Assembly: GCA_019695215.1 (NCBI GenBank)
Contig: JAIBAK010000016.1
Location: forward strand, 676 to 64,675
DNA: 64,000 bases
Source: Bacteroidia bacterium
Lineage (GTDB): Bacteria; Bacteroidota; Bacteroidia; UKL13-3
Reading direction: 5' to 3'
The translations under genes and the position numbers were made by a program. Shown here piece by piece: positions 24,166-34,071 of the stretch. Numbering within the stretch: the first letter of the stretch is position 1; each line of letters opens with the position of its first letter. The notes under the pieces were generated by a model, which searched no databases, was not told the origin of the DNA, and was given only the letters and a program-made list of their open reading frames with translations.

Positions 24166-26886
24166 CTAAATTATTCCTTTTGCTTTTTCAAGGGCAGCTT
24201 TTAACCCTTCGGATTTGGTTCCTCCGGCCGTGGCATAAAACGGCTGACCTCCCCCGCCTCCCTGTATTTCTTTTGCCAGTTCCTTTACAATGTTTCCGGC
24301 ATGAAGATTTTTTTCTTTTACCAAATGCTCACTGATCATTACACTTAGCAAAGGTTTTCCCTCTATCACGGTTCCCAGCACACAAAATAAATTTTCTATA
24401 TCCTGCTTCAACTGGTAACTCAGGTTTTTCAACTGCTCGGCCGATGGGATATCCACCAGTTCTATCAGTTTATTTATCCCGTTTACACCTGAAACTTTTA
24501 ACTTCAAACTCTCCTTCACTTTCACCGTTTTCTCCCCTTCTAACTGCTCTAATTTTTTCTGAAGTTTTTCTTTTTCTTCTACCAGTTGGGAAATGCTTTT
24601 TACAGGGTCTTTTGATTTGAGCAATTCTTTGATATGTGCTACGGTAGCCTGTTGCTCATTTACAAATTGCTCGGCTGCATCGGCTGTGATGGCTTCTATT
24701 CTTCGCACCCCGGCAGCCACCGCACTTTCACTTAGTATTTTAAACAGGCCAATTTGCCCGGTAGCTTTTACATGAGTACCTCCGCACAACTCGCGCGAAT
24801 AGGTTTCGTCAAACGTAATTACCCGTACACTTTCTCCGTATTTTTCGCCAAACAACATCATAGCGCCCATGGTTTGCGCCTCGGCAATAGGTACATTTCT
24901 GCGCTCATCTAAAAGTATGTTCTCGCGTATTTTTCGGTTTACTATTTTTTCTACCTCTGCTACCTCTTCATCGGTCATGGCACTGAAATGGGAGAAATCG
25001 AAACGCAGGTATTCATTATTTACCAGCGATCCCTTTTGCTGCACATGTGTACCCAGTACTTTTCGCAGGGCGGCATGCAATAAATGCGTAGCCGAGTGGT
25101 TGTTCTCGGTAAGGTGACGTTTGCCGGTATCTACAACTGCTGTAAAAACTCCTTCGGTATTTTCGGGCAGTTTGGCTGCGAAATGAATAATGAGGTTATT
25201 TTCTTTTTTGGTATCGGTGATGAATACTTTTTCATTTACATTACTGATGAAACCGGTATCGCCCACCTGACCGCCACCTTCAGGATAAAAAGGTGTTTGG
25301 TCAAATACAAGTTGAAACTGCTCTTTCCCTTTGGCTTTTACCTTGCGGTATTTAATGATAGTAACTTCGCTTTCGGTGGTATCATACCCTAAAAACTGCG
25401 TGGGGTTTTCTTCACCAATTACTACCCAGTCTTCCGTATCTACCTCTGCTGCCTTGCGCGAACGGGCTTTTTGTTTGGCAAGTTCTTCTTCAAATTCTTT
25501 TTGATTAACAGTGAGATTATTTTCTCTTGCTATCAGCATTGTTAGATCAAATGGAAACCCATAGGTGTCAAACAATTTAAAAGCAAATGATGCAGAAATA
25601 GTATTTCCTTTCAAAACATAATATAATTCTTCATCCTCATTTTCTATTTCTGAAGGGACCATGATCCCCTTATTCTCTTTTCTGTTTTCGTATAGTTCAG
25701 CAATAAACCTCAGTTTTATGATGCCTTTCTCTAAAGTTCTTAAAAAAGATTGCTCTTCTTCTCTAATCACCTTCGCTACAAACTCCTTTTGGCTGTATAA
25801 CTCCGGAAAAACATTTTTAAAACTCTCTGCAATCACATCCACCAGTTGGCACAGGAAAGGTTCTTTCAGGTTTAAAAACTGAAACTGGTAACGCACGGCT
25901 CTGCGCAATATTCTGCGCACCACATATCCCGCTCCGCCACTGGCAGGCAATTGTCCATCGGCAATGCACAAACTGATAGCACGTATATGGTCAGCCAGCA
26001 CACGCATGGCAATGTCTCGTCTACGCTCGACATGACCAATGCTTTCATCATCAGCATTGGAAAATCCATATTTAAAGCCGGAATGCTTCTCTATAAACTG
26101 AATGGTGGGTACAAACACATCCGTATCGTAATTGGAACTTTTTCCTTCAATAGCCCTCACCAAACGTTCAAAGCCCATCCCGGTATCTACGTGCTGGGCC
26201 GGTAACTTTTCCAAAGAGCCATCGGCCTTGCGGTTAAACTCCATGAACACGTTGTTCCATATTTCAATTACCTGCGGGTGGTCGTTATTCACCAAAGTTT
26301 TTCCGTCTATGGTATTCCTTTCGGCATCCGGTCTCAGGTCAATATGTATTTCACTGCACGGTCCACAGGGACCGGTATCGCCCATTTCCCAGAAGTTGTC
26401 TTTTTTGTTTCCGTTCAGGATGCGGTCTTTATCAATATATTTTGCCCAGTTATCATAAGCTTCCTGGTCAAAGGCTAATCCTTCTTTTTGGTCGCCTTCA
26501 AACACGGTTACATACAGGCGGTCTTTGGGCAATTTATATACTTCGGTCAACAGTTCCCAGGCCCATTCAATGGCTTCCTTTTTAAAGTAATCGCCAAAAC
26601 TCCAGTTGCCCAGCATTTCAAACATGGTGTGGTGGTAAGTATCCACGCCCACTTCTTCCAGGTCGTTGTGTTTTCCGGAAACGCGCAGGCATTTTTGGGT
26701 ATCGGCCACGCGCTTGTATTTGGCCGGTTCGTTGCCCAAAAACCAGTCTTTAAACTGGTTCATCCCCGCATTGGTAAACATCAGAGTGGGGTCATTCTTC
26801 ACCACAATGGGAGCCGAAGGAACGATTTCGTGTCCCTTGCTTTTAAAAAAATCTAAAAAGGTTTGCCGTATCTCTGCTGCCGTCAT
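24166..26886 (-). CDS. alaS: Alanine--tRNA ligase.
   Basis: 'FTNAGMNQFKD', 'RVADTQKCLRVSGKHNDLEEVG', 'WNNVFMEFNR', and the C-terminal DHHA1 domain 'GGGGGQPFYATAGG'. Length is 906 aa. Confidence 0.95.
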   Translation of the reverse strand: MTAAEIRQTFLDFFKSKGHEIVPSAPIVVKNDPTLMFTNAGMNQFKDWFLGNEPAKYKRVADTQKCLRVSGKHNDLEEVGVDTYHHTMFEMLGNWSFGDYFKKEAIEWAWELLTEVYKLPKDRLYVTVFEGDQKEGLAFDQEAYDNWAKYIDKDRILNGNKKDNFWEMGDTGPCGPCSEIHIDLRPDAERNTIDGKTLVNNDHPQVIEIWNNVFMEFNRKADGSLEKLPAQHVDTGMGFERLVRAIEGKSSNYDTDVFVPTIQFIEKHSGFKYGFSNADDESIGHVERRRDIAMRVLADHIRAISLCIADGQLPASGGAGYVVRRILRRAVRYQFQFLNLKEPFLCQLVDVIAESFKNVFPELYSQKEFVAKVIREEEQSFLRTLEKGIIKLRFIAELYENRKENKGIMVPSEIENEDEELYYVLKGNTISASFAFKLFDTYGFPFDLTMLIARENNLTVNQKEFEEELAKQKARSRKAAEVDTEDWVVIGEENPTQFLGYDTTESEVTIIKYRKVKAKGKEQFQLVFDQTPFYPEGGGQVGDTGFISNVNEKVFITDTKKENNLIIHFAAKLPENTEGVFTAVVDTGKRHLTENNHSATHLLHAALRKVLGTHVQQKGSLVNNEYLRFDFSHFSAMTDEEVAEVEKIVNRKIRENILLDERRNVPIAEAQTMGAMMLFGEKYGESVRVITFDETYSRELCGGTHVKATGQIGLFKILSESAVAAGVRRIEAITADAAEQFVNEQQATVAHIKELLKSKDPVKSISQLVEEKEKLQKKLEQLEGEKTVKVKESLKLKVSGVNGINKLIELVDIPSAEQLKNLSYQLKQDIENLFCVLGTVIEGKPLLSVMISEHLVKEKNLHAGNIVKELAKEIQGGGGGQPFYATAGGTKSEGLKAALEKAKGII

Positions 26887-27016
26887 GTCGTATTTAGCTG
26901 TCTGGTATCCAGTTGTTAGCGATTATTTTATTTTCATTCTAAAGGCGATTGGTTATTTTCGCACACCCTTAGTTTTCAGAGGGCAATATTACAGGAATAA
27001 AGTGAAGAGATAAAGA

Positions 27017-27988
27017 ATGGCTAAAGTAAAATACTTTTATAATCCGCATAAGCTAAAATTTGAAACAGTAAAAATAAGCTGGCTTACCAAAGCGCTGCGT
27101 ATTTTTGGTTTTATATGCGCTTCGGTGGTGGCCGGTTTTCTTTTTCTGGTTGCTGCCTATACTACTATTGATTCGCCTAAAGAAAAACAACTGAAACGCG
27201 AAATAAGAAACTACCAGTTGCAAATGGAACTGATGGATAATAAAGTGTCTCAGCTTTCGGCCGTACTCAATGAATTGCAGGAGAAAGACGCTCATATTTA
27301 CCGGGCTATTTTTGAGGCCGACCCTATTCCGGGAACGGTTCGGCAGGGTGGTTTTGGGGGAGTTGAAAAGTACCGGAATCTGGAAGGATATATTGGTTCT
27401 GACCAAATTATAGCCGTGCAAAAAAAGCTCGATATGCTCAGCAGTCAGGTGTATGTACAATCAAAATCGTTTGACGAGCTGGCAAAAATGGCTGCTAACA
27501 AAACCGACTTTATTGCAAGTATTCCGGCCATTCAACCGGTATCGAACAAAAAACTGCGCAGCATGGCTTCGGGCTTTGGTTACCGCCTGCACCCTATTTA
27601 CAAAACCCATAAAATGCATACGGGCATTGACTTCACCGCCCCATCGGGCACGCCTATCTATGCCACCGGAAATGGTGTAGTGGAAGCAGTGGAACTTGGG
27701 CACCGTGGCTATGGAAATCACGTGGTTATCAATCACGGTTTTGGGTACGAAACCTTATATGCTCACATGAAAAAAGTTGTGGCCAAACCGGGGCACAAAG
27801 TAAAACGCGGAGAATTGATTGGCTATATAGGCAGCACAGGTACTTCTACCGCCCCGCACCTGCATTATGAAGTAATGAAAAACGGCAAAAAAATTAACCC
27901 TATTAATTACTTCTTTAATGACCTTACCCCGGCCGAGTACGATCAGGTAAGGGAAATCGCGTCACAGGCAACTCAATCGTTTGACTAA
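27017..27988 (+). CDS. M23-family peptidoglycan DD-metalloendopeptidase with an N-terminal transmembrane anchor and coiled coil.
   Basis: 'HTGIDFTAPSGTPIYATGNGVV', 'GNHVVINHGFGYETLYAHM', 'GSTGTSTAPHLHYEV' (M23 HxxxD / HxH signature). Confidence 0.85.
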   Translation: MAKVKYFYNPHKLKFETVKISWLTKALRIFGFICASVVAGFLFLVAAYTTIDSPKEKQLKREIRNYQLQMELMDNKVSQLSAVLNELQEKDAHIYRAIFEADPIPGTVRQGGFGGVEKYRNLEGYIGSDQIIAVQKKLDMLSSQVYVQSKSFDELAKMAANKTDFIASIPAIQPVSNKKLRSMASGFGYRLHPIYKTHKMHTGIDFTAPSGTPIYATGNGVVEAVELGHRGYGNHVVINHGFGYETLYAHMKKVVAKPGHKVKRGELIGYIGSTGTSTAPHLHYEVMKNGKKINPINYFFNDLTPAEYDQVREIASQATQSFD

Positions 27989-28006
27989 TTTTAGGGTCTC
28001 AACTAC

Positions 28007-28345
28007 ATGGACCAATCCGATAAACTTTACTACAGCATTGGCGAAGTGGCCGCCCGTTTTAAGGTAAATGTTTCCCTCATCCGTTTCTGGACAAATGAGT
28101 TTTCTGACCACCTGAAACCTAAAACCAACAAGAAAGGAAACCGTTACTACACTGCTGATAACATTCGAACTCTTGAACGTATATATCACTTAGTAAAAGA
28201 GCAAGAATTTACCTTAAGTGGCGCTAAAGAAAAACTATTTAAAAAATCAGAAAATCAAATAGATAAAAAATCAATAATTTCGAAGTTAAACGAATTAAAA
28301 AATTACCTCCAGGAATTAAAAACAGACCTCGATAAAATTACCTAA
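28007..28345 (+). CDS. MerR-family transcriptional regulator (HTH plus C-terminal coiled coil).
   Basis: 'YYSIGEVAARFKVNVSLIRFWTNEF...RYYTADNIRTLERIYHLVKEQEFTLSGAKEKL'. Confidence 0.8.
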   Translation: MDQSDKLYYSIGEVAARFKVNVSLIRFWTNEFSDHLKPKTNKKGNRYYTADNIRTLERIYHLVKEQEFTLSGAKEKLFKKSENQIDKKSIISKLNELKNYLQELKTDLDKIT

Positions 28346-28372
28346 TAAGAATAATTACTATATAAATAACGT

Positions 28373-28735
28373 ATGAGTACAGACGAAATCCAACGCACCT
28401 CCTCCATTAATTTTAAAGTCCATTTAGATAAAGAAAACCTGCCGGTGGCCATCGATTGGACAGCCGATGACAGCGAGTTTGGCGAACCTCAGGCAGCCAA
28501 AGCCATCATGATTGGGTTGTGGGACGGATTGCAAAAAGAAGCCATGCGCATTGACCTTTGGACAAAAGAAATGAGCGTGGAAGAAATGAACCATTTCACT
28601 TTTCAGTTTTTAATGACTATGGCCGATAATTTCGAACGTGCCACCGGAAATGCCGAAGCTGCTAATGTACTTAGGGAAGCTTCGCACGAGTTTGGCCACA
28701 AAGCCGATGTTTTTGGCCCCGACCACCAGCATTGA
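28373..28735 (+). CDS. gldC: Small soluble protein resembling gliding-motility protein GldC (tentative).
   Basis: At ~120 aa, its size and the motifs 'INFKVHLDKENLPVAIDWTADDSE...AKAIMIGLWDG...IDLWTKEMSVEEMNHF' match my recollection of the GldC family. This is not verifiable without a search. Confidence 0.45.
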   Translation: MSTDEIQRTSSINFKVHLDKENLPVAIDWTADDSEFGEPQAAKAIMIGLWDGLQKEAMRIDLWTKEMSVEEMNHFTFQFLMTMADNFERATGNAEAANVLREASHEFGHKADVFGPDHQH

Positions 28736-28824
28736 AATTTTAAATATGGCTATGCATAAAGGCTATTAGGACTTTTTTTAAAGTTCTTCCAGCCCTATAT
28801 TGCGTTTGATAGAAACGACAACCG

Positions 28825-29439
28825 ATGCCTAAAAAACTAAAAATCAGCCTGCTTTTACTAACTCTTGCCTTGCCGTGGGGTGCTCACGCACAAATTGGAA
28901 TTTCTGCAGGCCTCATTAAACCCAGCCTTCAATATGGTTTTGTGTTTAAACCAACCACCGGACTGGAACTATCATTTGCCAATGGCGATATAGACAGCCG
29001 GTTTAAAACAAAACTATCATTGGGATACTATTCACTTACTCCAAGATTTGATACCCTGCACAATGGAGGACTGTTTCACCAGTATAATACAACCACTTTT
29101 ACACCCGGAACTGAAATATGGAAAAGCTTTAAGGCTATCACCGTTGGTTTTCAATTTGAGTTTAAAGTTTTAGATAAACCCCTTTCCCCAACCTTAGGGT
29201 TGGATGTGGTTTATCAGGCAAATTCTTACAAATACGAAATTCATAACAAAATTGAAGATGGTAATTATGAAATGAGTTCTAACGCCATTGGTCTTACCCC
29301 CCGAATAGGATTTAGTTATGAATTAAACGATGCGTGGTTAATCAGCGGGATGGTGGGGAAAAATCTGGTAATGGATTGGGAACTGGCAGGTTATTCCTAT
29401 TGGAAAAGTATGGTAGGTGTAACGTATTATTTTAATTAA
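28825..29439 (+). CDS. Small outer-membrane beta-barrel protein (OmpA-beta-barrel/PorT-like family).
   Basis: Signal peptide 'LLLLTLALPWGAHAQ'. Alternating amphipathic beta-strands. C-terminus ends in aromatic 'VTYYFN'. Confidence 0.5.
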   Translation: MPKKLKISLLLLTLALPWGAHAQIGISAGLIKPSLQYGFVFKPTTGLELSFANGDIDSRFKTKLSLGYYSLTPRFDTLHNGGLFHQYNTTTFTPGTEIWKSFKAITVGFQFEFKVLDKPLSPTLGLDVVYQANSYKYEIHNKIEDGNYEMSSNAIGLTPRIGFSYELNDAWLISGMVGKNLVMDWELAGYSYWKSMVGVTYYFN

Positions 29440-29443
29440 CAGC

Positions 29444-30265
29444 ATGATTTCAATACCTGTAAATAGATTAAATAGGGTCTTACTAATTTGCTTCATAGGG
29501 GCATTAACCCTATTGTTCAATGGTTGTAAAAAAGGGAGTTTTGATTTATTCGAAGACCCAAGTAAAGGCGCGCTTCCTGAAATTGATTTGCTTGGGGCAA
29601 CCGTTGATGTGTATGATGTAACCTTAACGGCAAACGTAAAATCAGAAGGCAAGGCTCCCGTTGATTACATGGGCTTCTTTTACTCTCCGGATAATCCAAT
29701 GCCTGATGATAAAAGTTCTCAGATATTATTGAATGGCTTAAAAGGTATGTTTTCTTATACGATTTACGACCTGGATCCGGACACCGTGTATTATATCAGA
29801 GCTTTTGCCAAAAACGACTATGGATATGTATACAGCAAGCAGACGCTTAAAGTAAGAACCAGCCGCGTGGTAGCTCCGTGTTCATACACTCAAAATACCA
29901 TTATCAACCATACCGGAACACATACGTTTGATGAATTTGATATGAGTACCCATGAAGGATTTGGCTACTGGGAGTTAACTTTGAATGACTATTTCACCGG
30001 ATGGAACTACTATTTTAAATTTAACCGAATTCCACCGGGAACAGGTGAATATACCGTGGTGAATGATGTGTCGGGGTGGACCGATAAATGTGTTGAAGTT
30101 TATTTTGTGTCCAATATGCTTCAATCCTGGAGTATTGATCCGGGAACCAAGGTGTACGTAACCAAAAATGGAGATGGCTCCTTAAAAATTGAATTTTGCG
30201 ATTTACAATATACCAACAATTCGGGCAAGGCAAGTTTTAAAGGACACGTTCTCTTCAAACCTTAG
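29444..30265 (+). CDS. Hypothetical lipoprotein with a fibronectin-III-like N-terminal domain.
   Basis: Lipobox 'LLFNGCKKG'. No recognizable catalytic motifs. Confidence 0.45.
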   Translation: MISIPVNRLNRVLLICFIGALTLLFNGCKKGSFDLFEDPSKGALPEIDLLGATVDVYDVTLTANVKSEGKAPVDYMGFFYSPDNPMPDDKSSQILLNGLKGMFSYTIYDLDPDTVYYIRAFAKNDYGYVYSKQTLKVRTSRVVAPCSYTQNTIINHTGTHTFDEFDMSTHEGFGYWELTLNDYFTGWNYYFKFNRIPPGTGEYTVVNDVSGWTDKCVEVYFVSNMLQSWSIDPGTKVYVTKNGDGSLKIEFCDLQYTNNSGKASFKGHVLFKP

Positions 30266-30362
30266 GTTACTTCAGGTTTTAAAACCCAGCACCAAAATAG
30301 CTATGGTTTGATGCTTAAAAGGTGTAACGAGCAAAACAGACCACAATACCCCAATTTACCAA

Positions 30363-30866
30363 ATGAAACAAACAGCCGCATACTGGATAAAAAAACTAAA
30401 CCTTACAGAGCATATTGAAGGAGGTGCCTTTAGCGAAACCTACCGTTCCAAACAAATCCTCGCTCAGGCACATTTACCTGATACTTTTCATGGAGACAGA
30501 GCCTGCTCAACGGCTATTTATTTTTTGTTACAGAAAGGGCAGTTCAGCGCCCTGCACCGTATTGCATCCGATGAACTATGGCACTTTTATACCGGAGACC
30601 CGCTTGAAATTATCGAGATTAAACCTTCGGGCGTATTATCTGTTCACACACTGGGACCCGATGCCGAAGCCGGAGAAATGTTTCAGTGTTTGATAGAAGC
30701 AGGAAGCTGGTTTGGCTCCCGGATTAAAAATGGAGGCGAATATGCTTTGGCCGGTTGCACAGTTGCCCCCGGATTTGATTTTGCCGATTTTGAACTGGCC
30801 GACAGAAATCAATTAGAGGGGTTGTTTCCGCAACATGCAGACATCATCCGTCCGCTTACCCGTTAA
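30363..30866 (+). CDS. Cupin-superfamily protein (DUF985/COG3542-like).
   Basis: 'LNLTEHIEGGAFSETYRS', which fits the conserved HxEGGxF(R/S)ETYRS motif of DUF985 cupins as I recall it. Length is 167 aa. Confidence 0.7.
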   Translation: MKQTAAYWIKKLNLTEHIEGGAFSETYRSKQILAQAHLPDTFHGDRACSTAIYFLLQKGQFSALHRIASDELWHFYTGDPLEIIEIKPSGVLSVHTLGPDAEAGEMFQCLIEAGSWFGSRIKNGGEYALAGCTVAPGFDFADFELADRNQLEGLFPQHADIIRPLTR

Positions 30867-31195
30867 AACTTGCCGAAGAAATTAGAAATATCGAAGTACA
30901 CCGTCTTCTTCTCTCCTTCGCGGGTTATGATATAGAGTAAATCGTAAGGCTTTTTGTTCTCAAAAACCAAAGCCTGCCTCTCTACCTTGCAACCCGGATA
31001 ATGCAGCCGTAGCCATGTATACTCGGCATCCACCCCTTTCGATTCGCTTTTTTCATTTATCACTATCGCTTTGGCATAGGAAGAACCATCCTGCGAGTCA
31101 TTACCACTGATTATATTGGTTGAAGTAGGGCGTGTAGTTTTGCAGGATGCTGCACCAAGCATCAGGCAACAAAGAAATAAGGTGATTTTATGCAT
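30863..31195 (-). CDS. Hypothetical small lipoprotein.
   Basis: Lipobox 'LGAASCKT'. Length is 110 aa. Confidence 0.45.
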   Translation of the reverse strand: MHKITLFLCCLMLGAASCKTTRPTSTNIISGNDSQDGSSYAKAIVINEKSESKGVDAEYTWLRLHYPGCKVERQALVFENKKPYDLLYIITREGEKKTVYFDISNFFGKF

Positions 31196-31270
31196 ATACT
31201 TAATTAAATGGATATAAGGTAAAGCTACTGAAATTTTATTTCCCCCGCTATTTATTTGTAATTTTGACGT

Positions 31271-31750
31271 ATGAAAAAGAAAATATTTTGGACTATTGGC
31301 GGTTTGCTGATTGTTTTACAATTAGTGCGCCCTACCCGCAATGAAGGAACTGCTTACTCAACCAATGATATTACCCATGCGGTAAATGTACCTGCCGAAG
31401 TGAAACAAATACTCGAAACATCATGCTTTGATTGCCACTCCAACCATACCAATTATCCGTGGTACACCAATATCCAGCCCATTGGCCTATGGATGCAAAA
31501 CCATGTGAATGAAGGAAAGGAAGAACTGAATTTTTCGGATTTTGCCACCTATTCTCAAAAGAGAAAAATGAAAAAATTAAAAGAGCTGGCCGAAGAAGTC
31601 AAAGAGCATGAAATGCCACTTGAATCTTATTTATGGATACATAAGGAAGCTGCCTTAAGTGAAACACAAATTCAAACCATTGCCAACTGGTTAAAATCGG
31701 GAGGCATTGCTCCGGATGCCACCGAAGGCGAAACGGAGGAAGATGACTGA
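31271..31750 (+). CDS. Haem-binding domain protein (Haem_bd family, cytochrome-like CxxCH).
   Basis: N-terminal transmembrane segment. 'CFDCHSNHTNYPWYTNIQPIGLWMQNHVNEGKEELNFSDF'. Confidence 0.7.
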   Translation: MKKKIFWTIGGLLIVLQLVRPTRNEGTAYSTNDITHAVNVPAEVKQILETSCFDCHSNHTNYPWYTNIQPIGLWMQNHVNEGKEELNFSDFATYSQKRKMKKLKELAEEVKEHEMPLESYLWIHKEAALSETQIQTIANWLKSGGIAPDATEGETEEDD

Positions 31751-31767
31751 TACAAAAGCATGAGCAT

Positions 31768-31803
31768 AAAAAAATCCCCGGCTGAATAACCGGGGATTTT
31801 TTA
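31768..31803. terminator. Bidirectional intrinsic terminator between the convergent genes 31271..31750 (+) and 31820..33877 (-).
   Basis: aaaaaa-atccccgg-ctgaataa-ccggggat-tttttt: an 8-bp GC-rich stem flanked by an A-run and a T-run. Confidence 0.7.
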
Positions 31804-31819
31804 TGTATTGAAAACACGA

Positions 31820-33877
31820 TTAACGGCTGATAATGAATTTTTGAGTCGAAGTAAATCCGTTGGCTCCTTTAATGGTTACAAAATACACCCCGTTAGATAA
31901 ATCGGATGTACTGAATACCATGCTCTGATCGCCTGAAGTTAATTCGCCTTTATTTTCTGATAAAATAACACGCCCGGTAATGTCCATTATTTCCATAGTG
32001 ATATTGTCATTATTCACTAGGTTAAAATCAACCATTACATAGTTATTGGCAGGGTTTGGATAAACATTAACTGCATTTACGTTTGCCGGTTGTTTTACCG
32101 AAAGATTTCCGTTTAAAACTGACCAGTTAGAGTTATATACTTCTTTGGTAGTAGCATGCTGCAAAAACACCACTACTTCCAGATCGCTGAACTCTTCAAC
32201 CGAATGTTCTGTGCTCAGGTTAATTCTATTAGCTGATTGACCATCAATAGGCAGACGGAAAGTTCCCGGGAAGGTATAAGTTTGTGTAAATGTTTTGGTA
32301 CTTCCGGCTGTCATTGCAGTAACGGTAGTACCGCCAATAGCAGGGAGCATTTTCTTTAACACATGGTGAAATACGGTTTCGCCATTAGTCTTCTTATTCT
32401 GGTAGGTGTCTTTTTCAAGCACCGCAATATATAACTTGGTTGAGTTACTGATATCGGCATACGGTTTAATCATTACGTCAACTTTAATGGTTTGTCCGGT
32501 TATGGTATGTACGGCATAGATATCCAAAATAGCGGGTTTGCTCTGATACTGATCAAACAATGCCGAAGTATAACTTCCAGCATTTCCATCCCATCCGCCA
32601 TCTAATTCCATGCGTGGAATACTGTTAATAGCATAGGTAGATGACCTGCGGGTTACGCTCTCCGAAGTGCAATAAGGGTCGCCTGTGCCCGGAAAATCCT
32701 GCTGGTATTTTATTACAGTATAATCATTGATACTTTTTGAATTAACAATATTGGTCATGTTCACATTACCCGGTGCACATGGTCCGCAGGTTGACGAACT
32801 GAATACCTCATGCAATAACCTGCGATGCCCCAGTTGCGAAACCACAATGGTTGTAGCCCCAAGTGTATCATTTGATGTGTTCACATCGGCATTTGCCCCG
32901 TTAAGGTTGCTAGCCCATACTTTTATACTTTTAGCACCTACCGTAGTGCCTTTGTAAGGAGTAGTGTGCGCAAATGCATAAGTTCCTCCGCTTGCATTAA
33001 TGTTTACCCCTGTTACGTTCTGCGACACAACTGCTCCTCCGTCAACTGCATAGTTCAGTTTAAATGAGGTAATGGCAGTAGCACCCGGATTACTGATGGT
33101 TCCGGCTATTACCACATTCACATTTAACGCTGCGTAGGGAGCAATATTCAATTTGGTTACGCTCAAATCAAAGGCAGGCTGTGTTCCGTAAATAAACTTG
33201 TACACTTTGTCATTGGCATTCCCGGATGAACCTACCCGATTTGGAAAATCTGCAGAAGGACCTCCAATCATGGTTCCTGTGATTCCGGCTGAATTCTGGC
33301 ATCCCATAGTTCCGGTAAACGCTGCGCTGTTTGGCGAAGCATCATTGTACACAATATCAAAATTACCGGCTTCGAATAAACGAACGGCAAAATAAGAATA
33401 GTTGGATGATCCGGCAGCTACCCCTTCCTGTGAAGCGGTGAACCATTGTATAACATGAACCCGGTTTGGTGCAGTTCCATAGGTAAAATTCCTCACCTCT
33501 GTTTTTACCGAACTTCCTGAAATGGCTTTCATTTCCAAAGCATCCCAAAAGGCAAAAATGGCATTTTTAGGGGCCGATGCCGAAGGAATGGAAACGTTAG
33601 CCGATATACTGCTTGTTTCGGCATTATCAAAAGTAATATACCCGTTATCGCTGGCCTTGTATTGGGTAACAGCACTTCCGTAGTAATTAAAAGCAAACGG
33701 AATAGTTTGAGCTGTTGAAAGTACGTCATTGCTTCCCTGAGCCAGAATGACAGTTCCCGTGTTCAGCATGTTGTAATCGGTGGTGGTACCCGACTGCATC
33801 AGGTAATAATAGTTTTGCGCATAAGCGCCCATGCCTGCAAAAGCGGCAAAAACCAAACTGAGTATTTTTTTCTTCAT
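31820..33877 (-). CDS. T9SS type A C-terminal domain cargo protein with a thioredoxin-like CGPC-containing segment.
   Basis: Signal peptide. 'RRLLHEVFSSSTCGPCAPGN'. C-terminus 'VNVYPNPANNYVMVDF...GVYFVTIKGANGFTSTQKFIISR'. Confidence 0.75.
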   Translation of the reverse strand: MKKKILSLVFAAFAGMGAYAQNYYYLMQSGTTTDYNMLNTGTVILAQGSNDVLSTAQTIPFAFNYYGSAVTQYKASDNGYITFDNAETSSISANVSIPSASAPKNAIFAFWDALEMKAISGSSVKTEVRNFTYGTAPNRVHVIQWFTASQEGVAAGSSNYSYFAVRLFEAGNFDIVYNDASPNSAAFTGTMGCQNSAGITGTMIGGPSADFPNRVGSSGNANDKVYKFIYGTQPAFDLSVTKLNIAPYAALNVNVVIAGTISNPGATAITSFKLNYAVDGGAVVSQNVTGVNINASGGTYAFAHTTPYKGTTVGAKSIKVWASNLNGANADVNTSNDTLGATTIVVSQLGHRRLLHEVFSSSTCGPCAPGNVNMTNIVNSKSINDYTVIKYQQDFPGTGDPYCTSESVTRRSSTYAINSIPRMELDGGWDGNAGSYTSALFDQYQSKPAILDIYAVHTITGQTIKVDVMIKPYADISNSTKLYIAVLEKDTYQNKKTNGETVFHHVLKKMLPAIGGTTVTAMTAGSTKTFTQTYTFPGTFRLPIDGQSANRINLSTEHSVEEFSDLEVVVFLQHATTKEVYNSNWSVLNGNLSVKQPANVNAVNVYPNPANNYVMVDFNLVNNDNITMEIMDITGRVILSENKGELTSGDQSMVFSTSDLSNGVYFVTIKGANGFTSTQKFIISR

Positions 33878-34046
33878 AAGTATAAATTGGATTATTCTGT
33901 TGAATTTTAAGGTAAAACTAATGCTTTAATACCGAAAAAAACAACCCTGTTCAAAATATTTTCGGTTTATTAACCTTATCAGCCTACCTTTTATCGAAAA
34001 AATGGTCCTTTATACCGACATATAGTGTTTTATAAGCAGATGCGAA

Positions 34047-34054
34047 TATTTTTG
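34047..34054 (+). promoter_or_regulatory. Bacteroidetes sigma-A -7 box (TAnnTTTG) for the outer-membrane receptor gene.
   Basis: TATTTTTG lies 17 nt upstream of the ATG at 34072, giving a short leader as is typical in Bacteroidota. Confidence 0.35.
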
Positions 34055-34071
34055 CACCTTTCTATTAAAAA

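Noticed and set aside
24593-26856. Chain of plus-strand ORFs (60-122 aa) opposite alaS.
   Set aside because: They are antisense to a highly conserved 906-aa AlaS reading frame and arise from its codon bias. They are not separate genes.
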